NCBI GenBank assembly: GCA_026413945.1
Contig: JAOAJX010000002.1
Span: forward strand, 118,782 to 182,781
Origin: Candidatus Iainarchaeum sp.
GTDB lineage: Archaea > Iainarchaeota > Iainarchaeia > Iainarchaeales > DTGL01
Reading direction: 5' to 3'
DNA length: 64,000 nt
Below the pieces are notes generated by a model, which ran no database searches, was not told the origin of the DNA, and worked only from the letters and a program-made list of their open reading frames with translations. The position numbers and the translations under genes were made by a program. Shown here one piece after another: positions 1 through 7,550 of this stretch. Within the stretch, counting starts at the first letter, position 1. Every line of letters begins with the position of its first letter.

Positions 1-765
1 GTGCTCAAAGGCACTGATTTATTGTTTGTGACTTGTGGCCTCGGCGGTGGCACTGGCACTGGCGCAAGCCCCGTAGTTGCTGAAATAGCAAAAGAGGTTG
101 GTGCTCTTACAGTTGCAGTTGTTACATTACCATTCACTGTTGAGGGCAAACGCAGAGCTGAAAATGCCATGGAGGGACTTGCAAAGCTGAGAGAGCATGC
201 TGATACAATAATAGTAATTCCCAATGATAAAATACTTGAGATTGCACCTGATCTACCGTTAAATTCGGCTTTTAAGGTTGCTGATGAAGTATTAACAAAT
301 GCAGTAAAAGGAATAACTGAAATGGTGACAAAACCCGGGCTAATAAACCTTGACTTTGCTGACCTGCGCACGATACTGAAGAAAGGTGGTGCTGCCATGA
401 TTGGACTTGGAGAATCGCATAGTGAAGAAGCCAGCGATGCCCGTGCCCTAGAAGCTGTAGAAAACGCATTGAACTCACCACTATTAGATGTTGACATAAG
501 CCAATCAAAAAGAGCTTTGGTAAACGTTGTTGGCGGCAGCGACATGACATTACGTGAAGCTGAGATGGTTGTTGAAACGGTAAGTTTAAGAATTGATTCT
601 AACGCACATATAATCTGGGGTGCCATGGTTGATAAGGAACTTTCCAAGAACAGGATACAGGCCATGGTTGTGATAGCTGGAGGTAGATTCCCATACTTAG
701 ATGACTTTGAAAAAGGTACCAAAGATAAAGGTGCCATTGATTTGGGAATAGATTTCACAGGGTGA
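1..765 (+). CDS. ftsZ: Cell division GTPase FtsZ; the N-terminus is cut off by the window edge.
   Basis: Carries the tubulin signature GGGTGTG, the T7-loop region and a C-terminal tail. The stop overlaps the next gene's start. Confidence 0.9.
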   Translation: MLKGTDLLFVTCGLGGGTGTGASPVVAEIAKEVGALTVAVVTLPFTVEGKRRAENAMEGLAKLREHADTIIVIPNDKILEIAPDLPLNSAFKVADEVLTNAVKGITEMVTKPGLINLDFADLRTILKKGGAAMIGLGESHSEEASDARALEAVENALNSPLLDVDISQSKRALVNVVGGSDMTLREAEMVVETVSLRIDSNAHIIWGAMVDKELSKNRIQAMVVIAGGRFPYLDDFEKGTKDKGAIDLGIDFTG

Positions 766-950
766 GCTCTTTGGGGATACGTGATTTTATAGAATCATCC
801 AGAAGAGTTTTTACAATATCAAAAAAGCCTGATCTTGAAGAATATCTTCAGATGCTCAAAATTACTGCCTTGGGCGTTATAGTCCTTGGCCTTATCGGCT
901 TTGTTGTTGCAATTTTGTTTGCGTACTTTGGGCCGACAGCAATCAGATAA
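762..950 (+). CDS. secE: Preprotein translocase subunit SecE (Sec61 gamma).
   Basis: About 60 aa with a single C-terminal TM. The segment FIESSRRVFTISKKPDLEEYL...GLIGF matches the archaeal SecE pattern. It occupies the conserved position upstream of spt5 and rpl11. The start is non-ATG (GTG at 762 or TTG at 771). Confidence 0.75.
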   Translation: MSSLGIRDFIESSRRVFTISKKPDLEEYLQMLKITALGVIVLGLIGFVVAILFAYFGPTAIR

Positions 951-1004
951 TTCAGCGTTGTTCTTGTCTGAGCAAAAATCAAAGGGAAAGTATTTTAACA
1001 CTTT

Positions 1005-1022
1005 TTTAAAAAAGTATATATG
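1005..1022 (+). promoter_or_regulatory. Candidate archaeal TATA box/BRE for spt5 and the ribosomal protein operon.
   Basis: AAAAAGTATATATG located ~30 nt upstream of the spt5 ATG. Confidence 0.3.
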
Positions 1023-1051
1023 CTTTTAATTATAGTAAAAATGGTGAAAAA

Positions 1052-1489
1052 ATGATTTTCACGGTGAGGGTTACAGCTGGCCAAGAAAGCTTAGTTGCGG
1101 ATATGCTAAAGAAAAAGCTCGAGGTTGAAAATCCGGGCGTTACTGCAATACTCGTAGTGCCTGACTTTAAGGGATACATACTTGTGGAAGGAGAGACAGA
1201 AGAATCGGTAAAAAGAGCTATAATAGATGTTCCACATATAAAAACAAAAGGCCTTGTTGTTGGCGAAGTTAAGATTTCAGAGCTAAGCTCACTGCTTGAA
1301 GCACACCCACTTATGGAAGCAATTACTGAAGGTGCAAAAGTAAGGATTGTAACAGGCACATTTAAAGGCGAGATAGGCAGAGTTATTAGGGTAAACAATG
1401 CTAAAGAGGAAGTCACAATTGAGTTGGTAAATGCAGCAGTAAGAGTGCCTGTAACAATAAAGGCTGAAAACATAAGGCTTGAAAGGTGA
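1052..1489 (+). CDS. spt5: Transcription elongation factor Spt5 (NusG homolog).
   Basis: NGN domain followed by a KOW motif (GAKVRIVTGTFKGEIGRVIRV), in the conserved position before rpl11. Confidence 0.85.
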   Translation: MIFTVRVTAGQESLVADMLKKKLEVENPGVTAILVVPDFKGYILVEGETEESVKRAIIDVPHIKTKGLVVGEVKISELSSLLEAHPLMEAITEGAKVRIVTGTFKGEIGRVIRVNNAKEEVTIELVNAAVRVPVTIKAENIRLER

Positions 1490-1495
1490 GTTTTT

Positions 1496-1984
1496 ATGCC
1501 GGAAATTAAAGCATTGGTTGAAGGCGGAAAAGCAAGTGCTGCGCCGCCTTTGGGACCTGCTTTAGGGCCTTTAGGTGTGAACATAGGAGAAGTCATTGCA
1601 AAAATAAATGAGCATACAAAAGAGTTTGCTGGAATGCAGGTGCCTGTTAAGGTTATTGTTGATTCGCACACAAAGAAATTTGAGATCGAGGTTGGTTCAC
1701 CCCCAACAACCGAGCTCATAAAGAAAATAACTGGGGCAAAGGGCTCTGCAAACCCAAAGGCGCAAAAAAGCGGAGATATCACAATAAGCCAAGCAATCGA
1801 TATAGCAAGAAAGAAAACTAAAAAAATGAATTTCAAGTACTTAAAAAGCATGTTGCTGCAAGTAGCCGGAAGCTGCAATGCGATGGGTGTGTATATTGAG
1901 GGCATGACCGGAGCCCAGATAACCAAAGAAATAAAAGAAGGAAAATATGATGCACTTATAGAGGATAGCCTAAAGAAAAAATAG
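1496..1984 (+). CDS. rpl11: 50S ribosomal protein L11 (uL11).
   Basis: The N-terminal PPLGPALGPLGVNI motif is typical of L11. Confidence 0.9.
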   Translation: MPEIKALVEGGKASAAPPLGPALGPLGVNIGEVIAKINEHTKEFAGMQVPVKVIVDSHTKKFEIEVGSPPTTELIKKITGAKGSANPKAQKSGDITISQAIDIARKKTKKMNFKYLKSMLLQVAGSCNAMGVYIEGMTGAQITKEIKEGKYDALIEDSLKKK

Positions 1985-2077
1985 CTAAGCGCAAAATATA
2001 TAAACATTTCACAAGATAATGGTTGTATCGGCTTTTAGGCCGTTAATACTGCTTTATGCAGGAGGTCAATGGTTTAA

Positions 2078-2719
2078 ATGGAAAAGAAGGACATCATTAG
2101 TGCCCTTGAGCAAGCAAGTGGCAAAAAAAGAAATTTTAAACAAAAAATAGAGCTTATCATAAACTTCAAAAATTTGGATGTGAAAAAGCAGGAAAATCTT
2201 ATTGACATAAAAGTTGTGTTGCCTCACTCAACTGGCAGAGGAAAAGCAAGGGCACTTTTATTTGCAAAAACAGCTTCTTTTATAGAAAGTGTAAAAGACA
2301 TGTTTGAGCGCGTGATATATGAGAATCAGATCGAGAGCCTTTCAAAAAAAGACGCTCAAGAAATAGCGCAATATGATATTTTGCTTGCAGAGGGGCCAGT
2401 AATGCTAACTGTTGCAAAGCATTTGGGCCAAACACTAGCACCAATTGGCAAGATGCCAAAACCGGTTAATCCAGAAAAAAGTGCGGTTGAAAACGCGCTT
2501 GCTGGTGCAGAATCTGCAATAAGAGTCACTAATAAAAAAGGCAAAGGCATTCCTCTCGTACAAGTAGTTATCGGTGATGAGTCAATGGACCCAGAAAAGA
2601 TCGCAGAAAATGCTATTGAAGTTTACAAAGATGTATTAAATGCATTGCCTGGACAAAAGCACAACATAAAGTCAGTTTATATAAAGAAGACGATGAGCCC
2701 TGCTGTAAAAATAATTTAG
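2078..2719 (+). CDS. rpl1: 50S ribosomal protein L1 (uL1).
   Basis: Length of 213 aa and its position between L11 and L10. Sequence is L1-like. Confidence 0.8.
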   Translation: MEKKDIISALEQASGKKRNFKQKIELIINFKNLDVKKQENLIDIKVVLPHSTGRGKARALLFAKTASFIESVKDMFERVIYENQIESLSKKDAQEIAQYDILLAEGPVMLTVAKHLGQTLAPIGKMPKPVNPEKSAVENALAGAESAIRVTNKKGKGIPLVQVVIGDESMDPEKIAENAIEVYKDVLNALPGQKHNIKSVYIKKTMSPAVKII

Positions 2720-2727
2720 GTGAAAAT

Positions 2728-3573
2728 TTGACAAGGCATACAAGAAAATGGAAAGAAGCCCAACTTGAAGGGCTTAAAAAGTTGATAAATAGTCACAAAG
2801 TAATAGCCATAGCAATGGCCGAAAATATGCCTGCAAGAATGCTGCATGAGCTAAGGGCAAAGCTTGCTGATAAGGCCCAGATAAGGTTTTCAAAGGTGAG
2901 GGTTATAAAGAAAGCGCTTTCTGAAAGCAAATTCAGCGGCTTTCCTTTGGATGATCATTTAAAAGGTCAGATCGCGATAATTGCATCAAACATAGATCCT
3001 TTTGAGCTTTATTCTCTAGTCAAGAAAAACAAGATAAGAACATACTTAAAAGTCGGCGAGATTGCGGACAATGATATTGTTGTGCCCAGTGGTGATACAA
3101 ACCTCCCGCCAGGGCCGGACCTATCAATGCTCAAAGCAGCAAACCTGCCTGTTGCAATGCAGGGTTCTTCAATAAAAATTTTGAAAGACACTGTTGTTCT
3201 GAAAAGAGGTCAAGAAGCAACTCAAGAAGTTGTAAACGCCTTGATGAAGCTTGATATAAAGCCACATGAGATAATGCTTAGGATTTCAATTGCATGTGAT
3301 GGTAAAACAATTTATACTGCAGAAGCTTTAGATATAGATCTTGAAAAGTTTTTGCAGGATCTGCAAACTTGCTATAGCAACGCTTTTGCGCTTGCTTATA
3401 GCATATGCTATGTAACGCCGCAGAACATAGGATTGCTGATACAAAAAGCATATAGAGAGGCGCTAAGTGTTGCAAGGGAAGGCAAAATAATAACCAAGGA
3501 AACACTACCTGAAATGCTTGCGAAAGCACACATTGGTGCCCAGAAAGTTAAAGCGTTGGCTAAGCTTGATTAA
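2728..3573 (+). CDS. rpl10: 50S ribosomal protein L10 (P0 / uL10).
   Basis: Sits in the L11-L1-L10-L12 operon with a P0-like N-terminus (KWKEAQLEGLKKLI..IAIA). Uses a TTG start. Confidence 0.8.
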   Translation: MTRHTRKWKEAQLEGLKKLINSHKVIAIAMAENMPARMLHELRAKLADKAQIRFSKVRVIKKALSESKFSGFPLDDHLKGQIAIIASNIDPFELYSLVKKNKIRTYLKVGEIADNDIVVPSGDTNLPPGPDLSMLKAANLPVAMQGSSIKILKDTVVLKRGQEATQEVVNALMKLDIKPHEIMLRISIACDGKTIYTAEALDIDLEKFLQDLQTCYSNAFALAYSICYVTPQNIGLLIQKAYREALSVAREGKIITKETLPEMLAKAHIGAQKVKALAKLD

Positions 3574-3609
3574 ATTTATGCTCATAAAAAAACTAGTGAG
3601 GTGAAAAAA

Positions 3610-3918
3610 GTGGAGTATATATATGCAGCATTGCTTCTGCATTCTGCAGGAAAAGAAATAACAGAAGATGCAGTTATGAGTGTGTTGAAATCAGCGGGTG
3701 TTGCAGCTGATGCGGCAAGAGTTAAAGCACTCATAGCTTCTCTTAAAGAAGTCAACATTGACGAAGCTATAAAGAGTGCTGCCTTGATGCAAGCAGCGCC
3801 TATGCAGACAGCTCAAGCTGCTGGCCACGCGGCCACAAAGAAAGAAGAGAAAGCAGTAGAAGAAGAAAAAAAGACAGAGGAAGAGGCTGTTAGCGGATTG
3901 AGCTCTTTGTTTGGCTAA
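3610..3918 (+). CDS. rpl12: 50S ribosomal protein L12 (P1).
   Basis: [18 protein letters not shown]-terminus, an Ala-rich hinge and an acidic EEKKTEEE...GLSSLFG C-terminus. Probable GTG start at 3610; the ORF track begins at 3601. Confidence 0.9.
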   Translation: MEYIYAALLLHSAGKEITEDAVMSVLKSAGVAADAARVKALIASLKEVNIDEAIKSAALMQAAPMQTAQAAGHAATKKEEKAVEEEKKTEEEAVSGLSSLFG

Positions 3919-5125
3919 ATTTTTTTTCTTTAATCATAGAAGCGGTTTTGCTAACCGCTTCTAAAAATAGCTCTACCTCTTCTTTTGTATTGTAAAAACA
4001 AAGGGATGCGCGGACACTTGGCTGCAATCTATTGCGTAAATACCAGTTATGTGCACAGTGCATGCCACTTCGCACAGCAATCCTATAAAGCTCATCTAAT
4101 ATTATTGCAACCTCTGCTGATGAGAAACCCTTGATGCGGAAATTAACAATAGCAACTTTTTTTCTGATATCTGAAACACCCACGTATTGCAAACCATCGG
4201 TTTCCAAAAGCCCCGATGTAAGCAACTTATCAAGTCTTCTCTCATATTTTTCGATATTTTTATAGCCAATTCTATTGAGGTAATGGCATGCTGTGTCCAA
4301 GCCGATGATGCCAGCGTAATCCTGTAAACCTGCCTCAAAACCAGAATTGCTGCTCTTAAGCACATATTTTTTTTCAGTTGATTTTTCAACTGCGCCACCA
4401 CCATAAACTAGTGGAGATATTTTGGAAAGAAGCTCCTTTTTGCATATTAGCCCACCAATAGAAGGCCCACACATCTTATGACCGCTAAAAGCAAGAAAGT
4501 CTAAATCTAATTTAGAAACATTTGGCTTTTTGTGCAAAGAACTTTGTGCAGCATCAATCATAACCGGAATGCCCTTTCTGTGAGCATCTGATATTATTTC
4601 TCTTATCGGAAGGACATAGCCATCTATGTTGCTGATATGAACCAAGGATATTAACCCAACACTTTTTGAAAGCTGCCTTTCAAAAAAGCCAATGTCGTAC
4701 TCTAAATCTTTTCTACTAGGAACTACAGTTATTGCCAAGCCGCGCCTTTTTTGAACCAGCCAAGGCACAAGATTTGAGTTATGCTCACGGTCACTAATAA
4801 TAATTTTTTTCTTTTTACCGAATTTAAAGCTGTTTGCAACAATATTTATTGCCTCGGTTGCATTTTTGGTGAAGATTAAGCAATATGAGTTATCAGCACC
4901 GAAGTATCGCAAGATGTTTTCTCTTGCCCTTTGTATCTTTTCAGTCAGCTCTGCGCCAAGCGCATGTGTTGAGCGCTCTGCACATACTCCGCTGTTTTCA
5001 TAATACCAAGAGACTGCTTCCAAAACTTGTTTTGGTTTAAGAGTGGTGCAAGCACTGTCAAAATATACTATTTCTCTTTTTTGCAAAACTGGGAAATCAG
5101 CCCTTATGCTCTTTACGTTTAGCAT
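3890..5125 (-). CDS. sufS: Cysteine desulfurase, SufS/NifS-like PLP-dependent aminotransferase class V.
   Basis: IRADFPVL N-terminal motif, [11 protein letters not shown]-lysine region, and a catalytic Cys in the GMHCAHNW segment. Start taken at the internal Met; the ORF track extends to 5173. Confidence 0.8.
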   Translation of the reverse strand: MLNVKSIRADFPVLQKREIVYFDSACTTLKPKQVLEAVSWYYENSGVCAERSTHALGAELTEKIQRARENILRYFGADNSYCLIFTKNATEAINIVANSFKFGKKKKIIISDREHNSNLVPWLVQKRRGLAITVVPSRKDLEYDIGFFERQLSKSVGLISLVHISNIDGYVLPIREIISDAHRKGIPVMIDAAQSSLHKKPNVSKLDLDFLAFSGHKMCGPSIGGLICKKELLSKISPLVYGGGAVEKSTEKKYVLKSSNSGFEAGLQDYAGIIGLDTACHYLNRIGYKNIEKYERRLDKLLTSGLLETDGLQYVGVSDIRKKVAIVNFRIKGFSSAEVAIILDELYRIAVRSGMHCAHNWYLRNRLQPSVRASLCFYNTKEEVELFLEAVSKTASMIKEKKFSQTKSSIR

Positions 5126-5187
5126 TAAAATATTGTGTTTGCATAAAATATAAAATAACTTTTGGCTATCCATAAGGTGTGATCTAT

Positions 5188-7548
5188 ATGAAAAGCCGAG
5201 GCATACTGTTGCTTATACTTACAACTTATTTAATGAGCAGCTGCTATGCAATAGTAGAAAATGGAAGCATTCCAATCTTTGCAGTAGTAGAATCTGAAAC
5301 CTCCGCTGTGAAAGCTGAGCTCAACATAAGCATAGTGCCAGGAAATGGCAGAATATGGAGTTCTGTTGGGCCTCTTATAGGGACTTCAACACAGCACACT
5401 GAGAAAGTAGCAGTGAATGTTGCAAGAAACTATTCAAAGGATGTTAATAAATATGACTATATGTTTGACATAAAATCCGATGCAAGCGTTGTTGAGGGAC
5501 CAAGCGCTGGTGCAGCAATGGCTCTTTTGCTTATTTCAATGCTTCAAGACAAAAAGCTACCAAACTATGTTTCCATAACAGGCCAAATATATGAAGATGG
5601 CACGGTGGGCTCTGTTGGCGGCGTTTACCTAAAAGCTCAGAAAGCACATGAATCAGGCATAAAGCTTTTCCTCATACCAAAAGGTGATGCTTACCAGACA
5701 CACATGTTTCCAGATGGGATAAAAACAGTGAACCTTGTCGAGTATGCCCCAAAAAATTGGGGCCTAGTAGTAGTTGAGGTTTCAGATATAGATGAAGCAT
5801 TAAAATATGCATTTATGGATCTCAGCGAAATAGACGTTAATACAAAAATAAAGGAACAAGAGCCGTTTGCTCCACAAATGAAAGTTTTAAAGGACAAAAT
5901 GAAGCCAATGAAAGAGCTAACAAAAAAATACATAGGTAATTGCAAGGAAGAGATTAAAGAAGCAAAAGCTGCACTGAATGAGATTTCCAACCCAGATATG
6001 GAAGTAATGACTGCATTGCTTGAATCTATTACAAACGCTGAAAAACTTATGAAAGACGCTAACATGCTTTATGAGGCTAATTATTTATATTCGGCAGCCA
6101 ACAATGCATTTCTTTCGTGTGTCTATGCTGGCTTTGTCAAAGATGTCGCAAAAAATCTATCTCTATTGGAATCAGATTCAAGTACAATAACATTCTTGAA
6201 AGAAGAATTGATGGAAAAAGTCCAGGAAAGAAAAAATGTTTTAGAAAGCTTTTATACTTTGGAGAGAAGCGACTGGCTTATTGCTGCAAAGCAAAGAATA
6301 CTGTGGGCAGAAACTAGCTTGAAAGGCATGGAAAGTAGGTTAACAACTATTGAGAAGCTAAAGGACTATGAGTTCGCTGCCGGATGGTATAAGATTTCAG
6401 GTGATTTCTACAATATCGCACTCTCAGCAAAAGACAAGTTCACGGCAAAGCCGAACCTAAAAGAAATTGCAAGAAAAAAGATAATAGAGGCTGAAAACTG
6501 CTACGCAAAGCTTTCTGAAAAGGACGATGACATTGAGAGGCGCATAAAGTCTGCAAAAGCTGGCATTGAAATTGGCTGGCATGATTCTGCAATAATGGAT
6601 GCTGCAAGCGCATACAGCCTATGCAAATCACTTGATGAAATTGGCAAGAAAGGCCTTTCTGAAATAAAAGCAATGATTGAAGAAAAAAATAAAGAAGTTT
6701 ACGATGAAATAAGCAAAGATAATTTACAAGTATGGGCTGAGCTTTATCTTGACCATTCAGAATACTTCAAAAAGGCAGCTGATTATTACCAAGCGGAAGG
6801 AATGAATTCTAAAGCAATAGATAATGCAAAGGCAGCGCTGAGTTTAGCTTATCTTGCAGAACACACATTCAATTCATCCAAAGAAATAATCAAAGCTCTC
6901 CAAGAAGCCGATAAAAAAGAGCTTACAATAAAGCTGCCGCCTGCGGAAAACACAAAAAGCCAAACACCCGCCACAAACACTGGCCAACAGGGCAATGGCA
7001 AAGAAAATAGCGATAAAAGCAATGAATCAGCAGTGGCTTACATTTATATCTTGGCTGCTATTGCGGTTGTTGCAATTTTAATAATGGCTTCAATTTTTTT
7101 GCTGCATAGGGCTGAGCTAAAAAGACATCCTATAAAAAAGCACTTAAAAAGAAAGATTGCGAAGCTTGAAGAAGAACTAACAAAAATAAACAAACTGCAT
7201 GCGAGAGGCAAAATAAATTCAGAAGAATATGCTGCAAAAAAAGCAGAGTATGAAAAGCAAATAACCAATTTGAAGAATGAGATTTCAAAATATTCAAAAA
7301 AACTTGTTGAGCTTGACAGGCAAGTTGGAGAAATGAAAGGCCTTGTTGCTGCTTTAGAACAGATAAGGTACCACTATTCAAAAGGCGAGATAACTGACGA
7401 AGATTACAACAAATTTGTTGAAGATTATAATGCAAAGATAGAAAAACTTAAGATGCACATAAAGAATGCTTCAGAACTTGCTGAAGAGCTACAAAAAAGC
7501 AGAGGAGAAAGTGAGCCAAAAAAGCAGAGGAAAAATAAAGGGAATTGA
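5188..7548 (+). CDS. Signal-peptide protein with an extracytoplasmic Lon (S16)-like Ser-Lys protease domain, a long helical region, one TM and a cytoplasmic tail carrying two SHOCT-like repeats.
   Basis: EGPSAGAAMA contains the Lon-type Ser, followed by GGVYLKAQKAHESGIKLFLIP with the Lys. An N-terminal hydrophobic signal is present. A TM lies at roughly residues 625-650. The C-terminal motifs GKINSEEYAAKKAEYEKQI and GEITDEDYNKFVEDYNAKIEKL are SHOCT-like. Confidence 0.6.
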   Translation: MKSRGILLLILTTYLMSSCYAIVENGSIPIFAVVESETSAVKAELNISIVPGNGRIWSSVGPLIGTSTQHTEKVAVNVARNYSKDVNKYDYMFDIKSDASVVEGPSAGAAMALLLISMLQDKKLPNYVSITGQIYEDGTVGSVGGVYLKAQKAHESGIKLFLIPKGDAYQTHMFPDGIKTVNLVEYAPKNWGLVVVEVSDIDEALKYAFMDLSEIDVNTKIKEQEPFAPQMKVLKDKMKPMKELTKKYIGNCKEEIKEAKAALNEISNPDMEVMTALLESITNAEKLMKDANMLYEANYLYSAANNAFLSCVYAGFVKDVAKNLSLLESDSSTITFLKEELMEKVQERKNVLESFYTLERSDWLIAAKQRILWAETSLKGMESRLTTIEKLKDYEFAAGWYKISGDFYNIALSAKDKFTAKPNLKEIARKKIIEAENCYAKLSEKDDDIERRIKSAKAGIEIGWHDSAIMDAASAYSLCKSLDEIGKKGLSEIKAMIEEKNKEVYDEISKDNLQVWAELYLDHSEYFKKAADYYQAEGMNSKAIDNAKAALSLAYLAEHTFNSSKEIIKALQEADKKELTIKLPPAENTKSQTPATNTGQQGNGKENSDKSNESAVAYIYILAAIAVVAILIMASIFLLHRAELKRHPIKKHLKRKIAKLEEELTKINKLHARGKINSEEYAAKKAEYEKQITNLKNEISKYSKKLVELDRQVGEMKGLVAALEQIRYHYSKGEITDEDYNKFVEDYNAKIEKLKMHIKNASELAEELQKSRGESEPKKQRKNKGN

Positions 7549-7550
7549 GG

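Noticed and set aside
1030-2007. A 325-aa ORF on the minus strand antisense to spt5 and rpl11.
   Set aside because: Low-complexity hydrophobic translation that entirely overlaps two strongly supported ribosomal-operon genes. It is an antisense artefact.
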